From the NCBI GenBank assembly GCA_029259175.1, contig JAPDJH010000004.1:164844-228843 (forward strand): a stretch of 64,000 nt of DNA, in the 5' to 3' direction. Source of the DNA: Hadesarchaea archaeon. Lineage in GTDB: Archaea; Hadarchaeota; Hadarchaeia; Hadarchaeales; Hadarchaeaceae. Positions 39,763-49,828 of the stretch are shown piece after piece. The stretch's first letter is position 1. The number at the start of each line of letters is the position of its first letter. A program made the translations under genes and the position numbers. The notes below the pieces were generated by a model. The model saw nothing but the letters and a program-made list of their open reading frames with translations. It had not been told where the DNA came from and did no database searches.

Positions 39763-40020
39763 TTAAAGTCCTCGATAAATCTTCTTTCGATGCCCCACTA
39801 CAACCACGATCAAGATCTTTGACTCTCTGTTGACGTCAAAAATTACCCTGTAGTCTCCGACCCTGAGCTTGTAGTACGGGTGGCCCCGAAGCGGTTCAAG
39901 AAAACGAAAAGGGGAATCGGTTATCGATTCAATTTTTCTTAAAACCCGCCTAGCGACTTCTTTGTCCAGGCTCAAAATGTCTTTTCTAGCACCGGAGGTC
40001 CACTTGATGGTAAAGCTCAT
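39763..40020 (-). CDS. RelE/ParE toxin
   Basis: YKLRVGDYRVIF, VGHRKKIY. Confidence 0.92.
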   Translation of the reverse strand: MSFTIKWTSGARKDILSLDKEVARRVLRKIESITDSPFRFLEPLRGHPYYKLRVGDYRVIFDVNRESKILIVVVVGHRKKIYRGL

Positions 40021-40211
40021 TTGAGGACTTCTCTCCTTACCTCTTCATGATCCACGATTCGCTCTTTCCCTTTTTCATATCTCTCCAAGCGTTTTTTTGC
40101 CCAGTCAGATAGCTCAAGATTTTCAATCAAGTCACGCTTTATCTCTTCAATTTCTGCTTTGAGCTTTATTATCTCTTCTTGGAGATCTTGAAGAGTTAGG
40201 GATTCAGCCAT
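40017..40211 (-). CDS. Putative RelB-like antitoxin
   Basis: Small acidic ORF overlapping the toxin start. Confidence 0.75.
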   Translation of the reverse strand: MAESLTLQDLQEEIIKLKAEIEEIKRDLIENLELSDWAKKRLERYEKGKERIVDHEEVRREVLK

Positions 40212-40244
40212 GTGTTTTCCCCTCATTACTTGGGACACTTTCCT

Positions 40245-40349
40245 TAAATTAGTGTCTTTGAGTGTTCGCAACTCATCCTAGCTGTGAACTCGGCTGCTTT
40301 TTCTATTGCGTTGAGAATGTCTCAGATAGTCCTCGATTTCACGTTTCAA
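40245..40349 (-). pseudogene. Frameshifted 5' fragment of a DUF86/HepT-like ribonuclease
   Basis: SD GAGGTG, TTG KREIEDYL, frameshift, DILNAIEKAAEFTARMS. Confidence 0.55.
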
Positions 40350-40410
40350 GCATGAACCACCTCGAGCACCCCTTTTTTAAACTCCTGGTATGTTTAGGTA
40401 AGTGGTAAGA

Positions 40411-41670
40411 ATGGTACGAATCACAGATCTGCGCGCGCGTGAAATCTTGGACAGCCGCGGGAACGCCACCATAGAGATAGACTTGGTGGTTGAGCACGAT
40501 GGAAAGAAAGGCCACGGAAGGGCGGCGGCACCCAGCGGTGCGAGCCGTGGTAAGCACGAGGTGGTGGACTTCCCGAGCGGAGGAGTCAAAGCCGCCATTC
40601 AACGACTGGAGAAAATCGGTGCCGAGCTGAAGCGGAGAGAGTTTTCCGATCAATCCGCCTTCGACCTCGCACTCAGGGAGATCGACGGAACCGAAAATCT
40701 ATCTCGCATAGGCGGCAACACAACCGTGGCGCTGTCGATGGCGTTTGCGAAGGCGGTCGCTTCGCTAGCAAACAAACCCCTCTTCCAAAGTCTCAACCCG
40801 GAGGCCAAGGGTTTGCCATTCCCTCTCGGAAACGTGCTGGGGGGAGGTAAGCACGCGGGGATGCGGGCGCCGGATATTCAAGAATTTCTGGTTATCCCCG
40901 TGGGAGCAAAAAACGCTGTAGAAGCCGTTTTCACAAACTCGAAAGTGCACAAGCGCGTGAGAAAAACTCTCGAGAAACTAGATCCAACCTTTACGGGCGG
41001 TAAGGGAGACGAAGGGGCCTGGGCACCGAATCTGGACAGTCAAAAAGCTCTGGAAGTGGTCGCCCAAGTGTGTGAGGAGATCTCAAATGAAACCGGTGTC
41101 GAAGTGAGAGCCGGACTCGATGTGGCGGCGAGCAGTTTGTACGACCAGGAAAAAAACCTCTACCACTATAAGAGAGAAGGAAAAACCCGAAGCCCCGGCG
41201 AGCACTTGGATTTCATCGTGGAGTTAATCCGGACGTACAAACTGGCGTATGTGGAAGACCCCATTCAAGAGGAGGACTTCGAAGGGTTTGCCGAAATAAC
41301 AGCAAAAGTAGGCAAAGAATGTCTGATCTGTGGTGATGATCTCTTTGTCACCAACGTGGAGCGTATAGAGCGTGGTCTCAAAATGAAAGCAGCGAACTCC
41401 GTTTTGATAAAACCGAACCAAATAGGAACGCTAACCGACACTTTAAAAGCCATCGTCGCCGCGAAAAACCATGACTGCGTCCCGGTTGTTTCTCACCGCT
41501 CAGGAGAAACCACGGACGAGACCATCGCCCACATAGCAGTCGCCTGGGGCTGCCCGTTAATAAAAACAGGGGTTGTGGGTGGTGAGCGAATAGCCAAACT
41601 GAACGAGCTAATCCGCATAGAAGAAATGCTGGGCGCTGAAGCTACCATGCAGCACTTGCCTCTGAAATGA
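40411..41670 (+). CDS. eno: Enolase
   Basis: [35 protein letters not shown]. Confidence 0.97.
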   Translation: MVRITDLRAREILDSRGNATIEIDLVVEHDGKKGHGRAAAPSGASRGKHEVVDFPSGGVKAAIQRLEKIGAELKRREFSDQSAFDLALREIDGTENLSRIGGNTTVALSMAFAKAVASLANKPLFQSLNPEAKGLPFPLGNVLGGGKHAGMRAPDIQEFLVIPVGAKNAVEAVFTNSKVHKRVRKTLEKLDPTFTGGKGDEGAWAPNLDSQKALEVVAQVCEEISNETGVEVRAGLDVAASSLYDQEKNLYHYKREGKTRSPGEHLDFIVELIRTYKLAYVEDPIQEEDFEGFAEITAKVGKECLICGDDLFVTNVERIERGLKMKAANSVLIKPNQIGTLTDTLKAIVAAKNHDCVPVVSHRSGETTDETIAHIAVAWGCPLIKTGVVGGERIAKLNELIRIEEMLGAEATMQHLPLK

Positions 41671-41710
41671 GCTTTAATGCTCCTAACAAAAAAAATAATG
41701 GGGAGGAAAA

Positions 41711-42334
41711 ATGAGCACAAGCGAGTTTGCCGAGGTCAAACTCATAGACTTCAGCACCTATCTGGTCAACGGCGTGCACATAGGAACTAGGCAGAAAACC
41801 GGCCACATGCAGAAATATATTTATCGGACCCGCCCCGATGGGCTCTACATCCTCGATGTCCGGAAGACCGATGCCCGCATAGAAATCGCTGCCAAGTTCA
41901 TCGCGCGGTACGATCCCTCTCAGGTAGTGGCCGTTTCGGCTAGACAATACGGACAGTTTCCGGTGAAAAAATTTGGAGAGGTCACGAGAATAAACACCAT
42001 AATTGGAAGGTTTATTCCCGGGACATTTACCAACCCCAAATATCCTGGCTTTATAGAGCCTGAACTTGTGATAATCTCCGACCCGCTCGCGGATGAACAG
42101 CCTCTGACCGAAGCGGCACAGGTGGGGATTCCCGTTATTGCTCTCTGCGACTCCGACAACGAAACCACAAATGTTGATCTCGTTATCCCCACCAACAACA
42201 AAGGACGGAAAGCGCTGGCATTGGTGTACTGGTTGCTGGCCAGACAAGTGCTCATGGCTCGAGGCGAGATCACATCGGATAAACCTTTCGAACTCACACC
42301 GCAGGATTTCGAGCCAAAACCTGGTGGTGGATAG
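41711..42334 (+). CDS. rps2: 30S ribosomal protein S2
   Basis: GVHIGT, GRFIPGTFTN, IPTNNKG. Confidence 0.97.
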   Translation: MSTSEFAEVKLIDFSTYLVNGVHIGTRQKTGHMQKYIYRTRPDGLYILDVRKTDARIEIAAKFIARYDPSQVVAVSARQYGQFPVKKFGEVTRINTIIGRFIPGTFTNPKYPGFIEPELVIISDPLADEQPLTEAAQVGIPVIALCDSDNETTNVDLVIPTNNKGRKALALVYWLLARQVLMARGEITSDKPFELTPQDFEPKPGGG

Positions 42335-43182
42335 TGCGCTACCCTTCTAGTTTCGAAAGCATGACGATTGTTCGCGAACGTTCCCAGCTGATTTCGCTCA
42401 TCGAAAGATGCTATTTGCATCCGCTGGGGCCCGGAGCTCTCCCGCAACTAAGCGAGAAAAGGAAGGGAAAGATCAAAGGAGCGATCGTCCCCCACGCAGG
42501 TTATGAATACTCGGGACCCGTAGCGGCCCACGTGTACAAAGCACTCGCCTCTGATGGATTTCCAAAAACATTCATAATTCTGGGTGGAGACCATGTCGGT
42601 TTTTCCCATGCGGTCACCACCACCGAAGACTTTGAAACGCCTCTCGGCGTCGTGAACGTTGATCGCGAACTCGCCGACAGAATGGGTCTAGAAGAAAATC
42701 TGGATGTCCACTCGGACGAGCACGCCATCGGTATGCAGTTGCCATTTTTGCTCCACATCTCTTCCACATTTAAATTCGTTCCAGTGTACGTGCCGTCTTC
42801 TAGCCTCCAGGTTGCGAAAACTGCCGGAGAAAAGATAGGTAGGGCCATCAAAGGGGAAGACGTGGTTCTCATCGCATCGACTGATTTTATGCACGCGGGG
42901 CCGAGCTACGGATACCCGCCGCCGCCAGGCGTGAAAGTGAACGAGTTCATCGAAAAACAGGACAAGCTGGCCATCGACGAAATCCTGAAACTGTCTCCAA
43001 AAACCTTGTGGGAAATTGTTCACAAAAACAACATCTCAGTGTGCGGAGTAGGGGCGGTCGCCTGTTTGCTTTACGCGCTCCGAGGCATTGCAAACACCGC
43101 AAGACTATTGAAGCATGCTTCGTCCTATGACGTGTCTCCTGCTCCAGATGCCGTGGGGTACGCGGCCATTGTTTTCGAGTGA
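42334..43182 (+). CDS. MEMO1 family protein
   Basis: PHAGYEYSG, ETPLG, EH, ASTDF.H, VGYA. Confidence 0.9.
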   Translation: MRYPSSFESMTIVRERSQLISLIERCYLHPLGPGALPQLSEKRKGKIKGAIVPHAGYEYSGPVAAHVYKALASDGFPKTFIILGGDHVGFSHAVTTTEDFETPLGVVNVDRELADRMGLEENLDVHSDEHAIGMQLPFLLHISSTFKFVPVYVPSSSLQVAKTAGEKIGRAIKGEDVVLIASTDFMHAGPSYGYPPPPGVKVNEFIEKQDKLAIDEILKLSPKTLWEIVHKNNISVCGVGAVACLLYALRGIANTARLLKHASSYDVSPAPDAVGYAAIVFE

Positions 43183-43191
43183 GGAGATCAA

Positions 43192-43986
43192 ATGGCATCG
43201 AAAAAACCTCTGATTGTGAAGCTCGGGGGAAGCGTTATTACAGATAAGAAAAGGCCCTTTACCATCAGAAAGCGAGAGCTAGCACGGCTCTCCCGCGAAC
43301 TATCCGGCTCTAGATATCCCCTCATTGTGGTCCACGGAGGCGGGTCGTTCGGGCACCCGGTCGCAGCCAAATACCAGTTAGAACAGGGATACAAACACCC
43401 TGCGCAGCGGATCGGCATCACGCTCACACGCTTGGCCATGAATCGTCTGAACACCGCTGTGGTATACTCCCTCTACTCGGCCGGTTTGCCCGCAGTTTCG
43501 ATACAACCATCGGCATGTATGACTTTAGACAACGGAAAGATAAAAACAGCAAATCTGTCTCCGATAAAAAAGATGTTGAAGCTGGAGATGGTTCCCGTGC
43601 TCTACGGAGATGTTGTTTTCGACGAAATGCGCGGCGTGGGGATTCTCTCAGGCGACCAGTTGGTGTCCTATCTCGCCCGAAGGCTGGCCGCTAGACGAGT
43701 GATCGTGGGAGTCGATGTAAACGGTGTTTACACCTCCAATCCCAAACTTGACAAAAACGCGAGACTTCTCCCGCTCATCACTCCGAGCACTTGGAAGGAG
43801 CTCTCCTTCGGATTTGACGAAAAGACAAAAGACGTAACGGGAGGCATGGGATATAAAATCGAGGAGTTGCTGAAACTAGCAAAAGCTGGTATCGAATCTG
43901 AAATCGTGAATGCACTAAAACCAGGAACGATTCACCAACTAGTCACAGGAAAAAAAGGTTTAGGGACAATTATTAGGGGTAAGTGA
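43192..43986 (+). CDS. ipk: Isopentenyl phosphate kinase
   Basis: KLGGSVITDK, HGGGSFGH, DVTGGM. Confidence 0.93.
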   Translation: MASKKPLIVKLGGSVITDKKRPFTIRKRELARLSRELSGSRYPLIVVHGGGSFGHPVAAKYQLEQGYKHPAQRIGITLTRLAMNRLNTAVVYSLYSAGLPAVSIQPSACMTLDNGKIKTANLSPIKKMLKLEMVPVLYGDVVFDEMRGVGILSGDQLVSYLARRLAARRVIVGVDVNGVYTSNPKLDKNARLLPLITPSTWKELSFGFDEKTKDVTGGMGYKIEELLKLAKAGIESEIVNALKPGTIHQLVTGKKGLGTIIRGK

Positions 43987-43987
43987 G

Positions 43988-45064
43988 ATGCGGACTACTC
44001 GGATGAGAAAGAGTGAACATCTGGAAATCTGCTTACGCAGAGATGTGGAAGCCATTCTGAAGAGCACGGGATTTGAAGACGTTGAGTTGATCCACGATGC
44101 GCTACCAGAAGTGGATTTTGATGAGATTTCCCTCAAAACGACTTTTCTGGGTAAAAAGCTCCAGGCTCCCGTGATGATTTTGCCAATGACCGGAGGACAC
44201 CCAAGGGGTGGTCGCCTCAATCTCCTGATGGCCTCAATCGCGCAGGAGTTCGGATTGGCCTTTGGAGTAGGAAGTCAACGTGCGGGTCTGGAAAACCCGC
44301 GCCTCATGTCCACCTACAAGGTGAGAAAGGTGGCCCCCGACGTGTTCCTGCTGGGCAACCTCGGGATTCCACAACTCTTGGGAAAGAAGGGCCCACAATT
44401 GGCTCGCTACGCAGTGGAAAGCATAGATGCCGATGCGCTATCCATTCACTTGAATCCCCTCCAAGAGGTCGTCCAGCCCGAGGGTCAGCCCACATTTCGT
44501 GGAGGGTTGCGAGCCATATCGAAGGTGTGCAACACATTGGATGTGCCAGTCATCGTTAAAGAAACGGGTGCCGGAATAAACCGCCGTGTGGCCAAAAAAC
44601 TTGTGTCTGCTGGAGCCGCTGCAATCGATGTGAGCGGTGCTGGCGGAACGTCTTGGGCGGGTGTAGAACTCCACCGAGCCGGGAGAGGACTCGGGGCCAC
44701 GTTTTGGGATTGGGGCATACCCACTGCTGTCGCCGTCATAGAAGTGGCGGAATCGGTTTCGGTTCCCGTTATAGCAAGCGGAGGAGTGCGCTCCGGTCTG
44801 GACGCCGCAAAAGCTCTGGCACTCGGCGCCGATCTGGTTGGTTTGGCCCTGCCAGTACTAAAAGCGGCTGCAAAGGGGGAGAAATCCCTTAGACAATTTC
44901 TAACGTCCTTTTTGCTTGAGCTGAAAGCAGCCATGTTTCTATGCGGGTGCAAAAATCTGAAAGAGTTGTGCAACACCGAGGTGGTGATAACCGGCAGAAC
45001 AGCCGAATGGCTCACAGCTAGAGGATTTTCGATCACCAAACTCTGCAGAGGTAAAAGAAGATGA
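43988..45064 (+). CDS. fni: Type 2 IPP isomerase
   Basis: RKSEH, MTGG, GSQR, HLNPLQE, GGTSW. Confidence 0.95.
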   Translation: MRTTRMRKSEHLEICLRRDVEAILKSTGFEDVELIHDALPEVDFDEISLKTTFLGKKLQAPVMILPMTGGHPRGGRLNLLMASIAQEFGLAFGVGSQRAGLENPRLMSTYKVRKVAPDVFLLGNLGIPQLLGKKGPQLARYAVESIDADALSIHLNPLQEVVQPEGQPTFRGGLRAISKVCNTLDVPVIVKETGAGINRRVAKKLVSAGAAAIDVSGAGGTSWAGVELHRAGRGLGATFWDWGIPTAVAVIEVAESVSVPVIASGGVRSGLDAAKALALGADLVGLALPVLKAAAKGEKSLRQFLTSFLLELKAAMFLCGCKNLKELCNTEVVITGRTAEWLTARGFSITKLCRGKRR

Positions 45065-46389
45065 TCGAGATTTTGCCCATTGGTGGAATGAACGAGGTTG
45101 GACGCAACATGACTGCCATCGGATTCGATGGGGAGTACATAGTTGTGGATATGGGGATACGACTGGATAGCATCATAGGGTTCGACGATGTGGACATCGG
45201 GCGAATGAGTCGTGCGGAGCTCATCAATCTCCAAGCAATACCCGACGATACGGATTTCAGAGGCAACAAAGTAAAAGCCATTCTTCTCTCACATGGACAT
45301 CTAGATCACATCGGAGCTGTCGGAAAGCTGGCCACCAGCTACAATGCGCCGATCTACGGGACGCCATACACAATCCGGATATTAAAAAAATTGTTGCGGG
45401 AAGAACACTTTCCAACTCCTTCGCAGCACCTTATTCGGGCTGTGCTACCGAAAGCCACTCTGCGGTTTGATAACGTGAGAGTCGAATTCATTCCAGTCAC
45501 TCACAGCATACTGCACACGGTCGCGATAGCAATACATCATGAAAACGAGACAGTTCTCGTCGCATCCGATTTCAAGCTAGACGAGCACCCATTGTTGGGT
45601 CCGCTCACGGATACGGAGGGTTTGTGCCGGCTCCGCAAGGACAACAATTGTTTAATCGCGCTTGTGGGCTCGGTGAGAGCCGACGAACCGGGAACGACCC
45701 CCTCGGAAGCAGAAGTGCGTGATATGCTCAAAAAAGTGATGGAGGAAAGCGCAGACAGCGGAGGACTGCTCTATATCAGCACTTTTTCGTCCCACATGGC
45801 CCGGCTGAAGTCGATCGTGGATCTCTCATATGAGCTCGGGCGAACTCCTGTAATGGTGGGGAGATCTCTGAAGAATTATTGTAGTGCCGCGACGGAGTTG
45901 GGATTGGTCGAATTTCCCCGCGAACTGGAGATATACGGACGCCCCAACACTGCAAAAAAGGTAATGAAGCGAATAGAAAATCGAAGGCAGGACTATGTGA
46001 TTATTTGCACCGGGCACCAGGGAGAACCCACTTCGGTTCTCACTCGCATTGCAGACGGCAAGCTGCCGCCTCGAGTCCGAAAGGGGGATCACGTCATCTT
46101 CTCGAGTAGCGTGATACCGAGTCCGATCAACCAAGCGAATCGGGCGGAGCTTGAAGCGAAACTGGAAGTTCAGGGGGCAGAGATTCACCGGGACGTGCAC
46201 GCTTCGGGACACGCCAGGAGAGAGGATATCAAAAAGTTTCTCAAAATGGTGGCTCCAGATGTAGTGGTACCCTGTCATGGCACTCCAGAAAAACTCCACG
46301 CGATGGCAACTATCGCTGCTGAACTCGGATACACCAAAAACACCATCCATCTCTTGAAAAACGGGACGGCGATACATGTGGGGGGATGA
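45061..46389 (+). CDS. rnj: RNase J (beta-CASP)
   Basis: GGMNEVGRN, HGHLDHIG, TGHQGEP, HASGH. Confidence 0.93.
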   Translation: MIEILPIGGMNEVGRNMTAIGFDGEYIVVDMGIRLDSIIGFDDVDIGRMSRAELINLQAIPDDTDFRGNKVKAILLSHGHLDHIGAVGKLATSYNAPIYGTPYTIRILKKLLREEHFPTPSQHLIRAVLPKATLRFDNVRVEFIPVTHSILHTVAIAIHHENETVLVASDFKLDEHPLLGPLTDTEGLCRLRKDNNCLIALVGSVRADEPGTTPSEAEVRDMLKKVMEESADSGGLLYISTFSSHMARLKSIVDLSYELGRTPVMVGRSLKNYCSAATELGLVEFPRELEIYGRPNTAKKVMKRIENRRQDYVIICTGHQGEPTSVLTRIADGKLPPRVRKGDHVIFSSSVIPSPINQANRAELEAKLEVQGAEIHRDVHASGHARREDIKKFLKMVAPDVVVPCHGTPEKLHAMATIAAELGYTKNTIHLLKNGTAIHVGG

Positions 46390-47390
46390 GATTGGATGTC
46401 CTCAAATATCTGATGGATAGGGTAAAGATAGTAGATAAAGAACTCGACAGATGGGTTCCCAAGAACTTGAGGCCAAAAATTCTCGCCCAAGCAACGCGTC
46501 ACCTTCTAGAAGCAGGGGGAAAACGCCTACGGCCCTGCTTGGTGATTCTCTCCTGTGAAGCGGTGGGAGGAAAAACCAAAGACGCTCTGGAAGCCGCCGC
46601 AGCAATCGAGCTATTGCACACATTCACCCTCATCCACGACGACATCATGGATCACGACGAGATCAGGCGTAATGTCAAGACCGTTCACGTGCTGTGGGGA
46701 GAACCGATTGCGATCGTCGCCGGAGATGCCCTTTTCGCAAAAGTTTTCGAAGCTCTGGCTGCAAACATGCAACGGCTGGGGGTGGATGGAAGGAGAGCAG
46801 CAGAAGTCCTCGACATCGTGAGCAAAGCAAGTTTCGAGATCTGCCGAGGGCAGACTAAGGATTTGCTCATGGCGAAAAAACGGCGTGTAACAGAGGAGGA
46901 ATATCTAGATATGATCGCTGGTAAAACAGGGGCGCTGATAGAGGCGTCCATGAGAGTTGGTGCGCTGCTAGGTGGTGGGACCCGAAAGCAAGTAGACTTG
47001 CTCGGCAGATACGGAATGCTGATCGGTATGGCCTTCCAAATACGGGATGATGTGCTGGGAATAATCGGGGAAAAGCGCAAGTTCGGCAAGCCCATTGGCA
47101 GCGACATCCAAGAGGGGAAAAAGACGCTGCTCGTGGTCAAGGCTCTGGAGCGGCTGGATCCGAAAGACCGCAGGACTCTGTTGCGATTGTTGGGGAAGAA
47201 AGACATCACAAGAAAGGAGATGCGCAAAGCTATCGGCCTGCTGGAGAAGACGGGTGCCATTGAATACGCATCACGTAAAGCCGAGGCAATGGTGAACGAG
47301 GCAAAAAAGCTTTTGGGAGAGCTTCCGGAGTCCCGAGCAAAAAATGCTCTACTCAGGATTGCTGATTTCGTGATACACAGAGAGATTTAG
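46386..47390 (+). CDS. idsA: Geranylgeranyl diphosphate synthase
   Basis: GGKRLRP, HDDIMD, FQIRDD. Confidence 0.93.
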   Translation: MRLDVLKYLMDRVKIVDKELDRWVPKNLRPKILAQATRHLLEAGGKRLRPCLVILSCEAVGGKTKDALEAAAAIELLHTFTLIHDDIMDHDEIRRNVKTVHVLWGEPIAIVAGDALFAKVFEALAANMQRLGVDGRRAAEVLDIVSKASFEICRGQTKDLLMAKKRRVTEEEYLDMIAGKTGALIEASMRVGALLGGGTRKQVDLLGRYGMLIGMAFQIRDDVLGIIGEKRKFGKPIGSDIQEGKKTLLVVKALERLDPKDRRTLLRLLGKKDITRKEMRKAIGLLEKTGAIEYASRKAEAMVNEAKKLLGELPESRAKNALLRIADFVIHREI

Positions 47391-47394
47391 ACAG

Positions 47395-49095
47395 GTGATG
47401 GCTCTGGAGGAAGAACGAGCAGAGATTATGAGATGGGTTCTGGCAAACGCCGTTGAACACGAAGGACGGGCCGACGTCAACGCCGTGGTGAAGAAAATAC
47501 TGGCTGAACGACCGCAGTGGAAATCCAGAATAAAAGAGCTGCTCCCGCTCGTCCGTGGTGTAGTTCTCGAGGTGAACACCATGGGCGCCAACGAGCAGGA
47601 AAAAATGTTAAAAGAACTCGGTGGAGTGCCAGAAACCGCAAAGGAGGAGAAAAGAGGGCTTCCGGAGCTGCCCCGAGCGGAGGAGCTCAAATCAATAGTC
47701 ACCAGGTTTGCGCCCAATCCCAATGGGCCATTACACCTCGGTCATATCAGGGCCGCGATTTTGAGTCACGAATACGCCCGAAAATACAATGGGAAATTCA
47801 TATTGCGATTCGAAGACACCAATCCCGAAAACGTTCGGCCCGAGATGTACGATCTGATAAAACAGGATTTGCGCTGGCTGGGCCTCAGCTGGGATGAAGA
47901 ATACGTGCAGTCTGATAGACTAAATGTTTACTACGACTTCGCTGAGCGGTTGCTCTCCGAGGGAAAGGCCTATGTGTGCACGTGTGCGGTGGAGCAGTTC
48001 CGATCTCTGCGCGATCGCGGTGGGGCTTGCGCGTGTCGCGGGCTCTCGCCAGCGGAAAACATGCAGCGCTGGAACCGAATGCTGGCCGGTGACTACAAGG
48101 CCGGAGAGGCCGTTCTCCGAATAAAAACAGATCTGAAACATCCGAATCCTGCCGTTCGTGAGTGGCCAGCGTTTAGAATCGTTGAAACACCGCACCCCCG
48201 GGTTGGCAGCAAATACCGTGTTTGGCCCCTCTACAACTTCGCGGTTTCGATCGACGACCACGAAATGGGAGTTACGCACATCTTCAGGGGAAAAGAACAC
48301 GAGGTCAATGAAGAACGACAGCGCTTTCTCTACGCCCACTTGGGATGGGAGTATCCAGTAGCGATTCAGTACGGACGATTGAGCATTCCGGGAGGGGAGC
48401 TGAGCAAGACGGCCATAGTAGAGGCGGTTAAGAAAGGAGAGTTGTCCGGTTATAACGATGTGAGGCTGGCCACGCTGGCGGCGCTGAGACGTCGTGGCTT
48501 TCTTCCCGAGACCCTGAAAAAAGTGATTATGGATTTGGGAGCAACGCTCGTGGACTCCTCTCTCAGCTGGGAAACACTATACGCGTACAACCGGAAGTTT
48601 GCGGATCTGAAAGCCATGCGTCTCTTTTTTGTGCCAGATCCCATAGAAATCCTAGTTCGCAAAACCCCATCATTGAACGACGTACGACTGCGCAACCACC
48701 CCTCCAATCCGGAGGCTGGAGAAAGAATAGTACCAATCGACAGGCGAGGCAGCGAGGCGCGTTTCTGGATACCAAAGGCTGACGCGGTCAAGTGGAAGGA
48801 GGGAGACATCGTTCGCCTCAAGGATTTGATGAACGTGGTGATCAAAAGAAAAGGGGTAAGAATCGAGGCGGAGTTCTTCGGCTTCGGCCTTCTGGATGTG
48901 CCAAAGATTCAATGGGTCTCGCGCGGAGCACTCGAAATGGATGTGCTCATGCCGGATGCGACAACCATCTCCGGCTTGGTAGAACCCACTGTTGCCAGTT
49001 TGACGGTGCCTCTCATCGTACAATTCGAGAGATTTGGCTTCGCACGCATTGAACGAGTGAGTCCAAAACCTTTAGCCGTGTTCGCACACACGTGA
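47395..49095 (+). CDS. gltX: Glutamate-tRNA ligase
   Basis: RFAPNPNGPLHLGH, RFEDT, QFERFGF. Confidence 0.96.
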   Translation: MMALEEERAEIMRWVLANAVEHEGRADVNAVVKKILAERPQWKSRIKELLPLVRGVVLEVNTMGANEQEKMLKELGGVPETAKEEKRGLPELPRAEELKSIVTRFAPNPNGPLHLGHIRAAILSHEYARKYNGKFILRFEDTNPENVRPEMYDLIKQDLRWLGLSWDEEYVQSDRLNVYYDFAERLLSEGKAYVCTCAVEQFRSLRDRGGACACRGLSPAENMQRWNRMLAGDYKAGEAVLRIKTDLKHPNPAVREWPAFRIVETPHPRVGSKYRVWPLYNFAVSIDDHEMGVTHIFRGKEHEVNEERQRFLYAHLGWEYPVAIQYGRLSIPGGELSKTAIVEAVKKGELSGYNDVRLATLAALRRRGFLPETLKKVIMDLGATLVDSSLSWETLYAYNRKFADLKAMRLFFVPDPIEILVRKTPSLNDVRLRNHPSNPEAGERIVPIDRRGSEARFWIPKADAVKWKEGDIVRLKDLMNVVIKRKGVRIEAEFFGFGLLDVPKIQWVSRGALEMDVLMPDATTISGLVEPTVASLTVPLIVQFERFGFARIERVSPKPLAVFAHT

Positions 49096-49096
49096 G

Positions 49097-49555
49097 GTGA
49101 AAGCCGTGGAAGAAATCGACAGCGTTGATCTCAAGCTTTTGCGTGCGCTCGCGAAGAACTCCAGAGTGTCTCTGAAAGAACTGAGCAGGGAACTGGGGCT
49201 GAGCATTTCGGGAGTAAAGAGAAGGATAGACAAGCTTCGAAAAAAGGGCATAATAAAGGGTTTCTCGATAGTCATAGACTCCAAAAAATATGGATGGGAG
49301 ATAACTGCCTTCGTAAAAGTGGATGTGGAATCCAGATCCATAAAGGAGCTCGCAGACAGCTTGTTGAGAAAGCGCGAGGTGTGCGAAGTCCACAAAATCG
49401 CTGGAGGAGATTCGCTGCTGATAAAACTTCGAACGAGAACCATGGATGATCTAAACAAGTTCATTGAGGACAACATTGCTTCGCGGGACGGAGTGCGAAA
49501 CGTGTCCACCATGCTGTCGATGGAGTGTTTCAAGGAAACGCTGGCTGCCGTATAG
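49097..49555 (+). CDS. Lrp/AsnC regulator
   Basis: N-terminal HTH plus RAM domain. Confidence 0.9.
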   Translation: MKAVEEIDSVDLKLLRALAKNSRVSLKELSRELGLSISGVKRRIDKLRKKGIIKGFSIVIDSKKYGWEITAFVKVDVESRSIKELADSLLRKREVCEVHKIAGGDSLLIKLRTRTMDDLNKFIEDNIASRDGVRNVSTMLSMECFKETLAAV

Positions 49556-49563
49556 GGGAAAGC

Positions 49564-49806
49564 ATGCAAGGCGATGAACTCTCCCTGCTTCAGGAAGCCT
49601 ATCGGCGTGTTCTCCCCAATGTCGTTCATATTTCCGAACTGGAAAAACTGATAAAGGAGGCTAGCGACCTAGACGATATCCAGTCAGTGATAGAGTGGTT
49701 CAAACGCCGGATTTCGGACACCCCAGACATCGTCAGGAAAACGGATTATCGCATTTTGTTAAACGAGTTACAGCGCGAACTCGATCGGCAACAAAAGAGT
49801 AAATAA
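49564..49806 (+). CDS. Hypothetical protein
   Basis: 80-aa ORF in operon context. Confidence 0.6.
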   Translation: MQGDELSLLQEAYRRVLPNVVHISELEKLIKEASDLDDIQSVIEWFKRRISDTPDIVRKTDYRILLNELQRELDRQQKSK

Positions 49807-49828
49807 CTCAGGCGGCGATGGAATAGCG

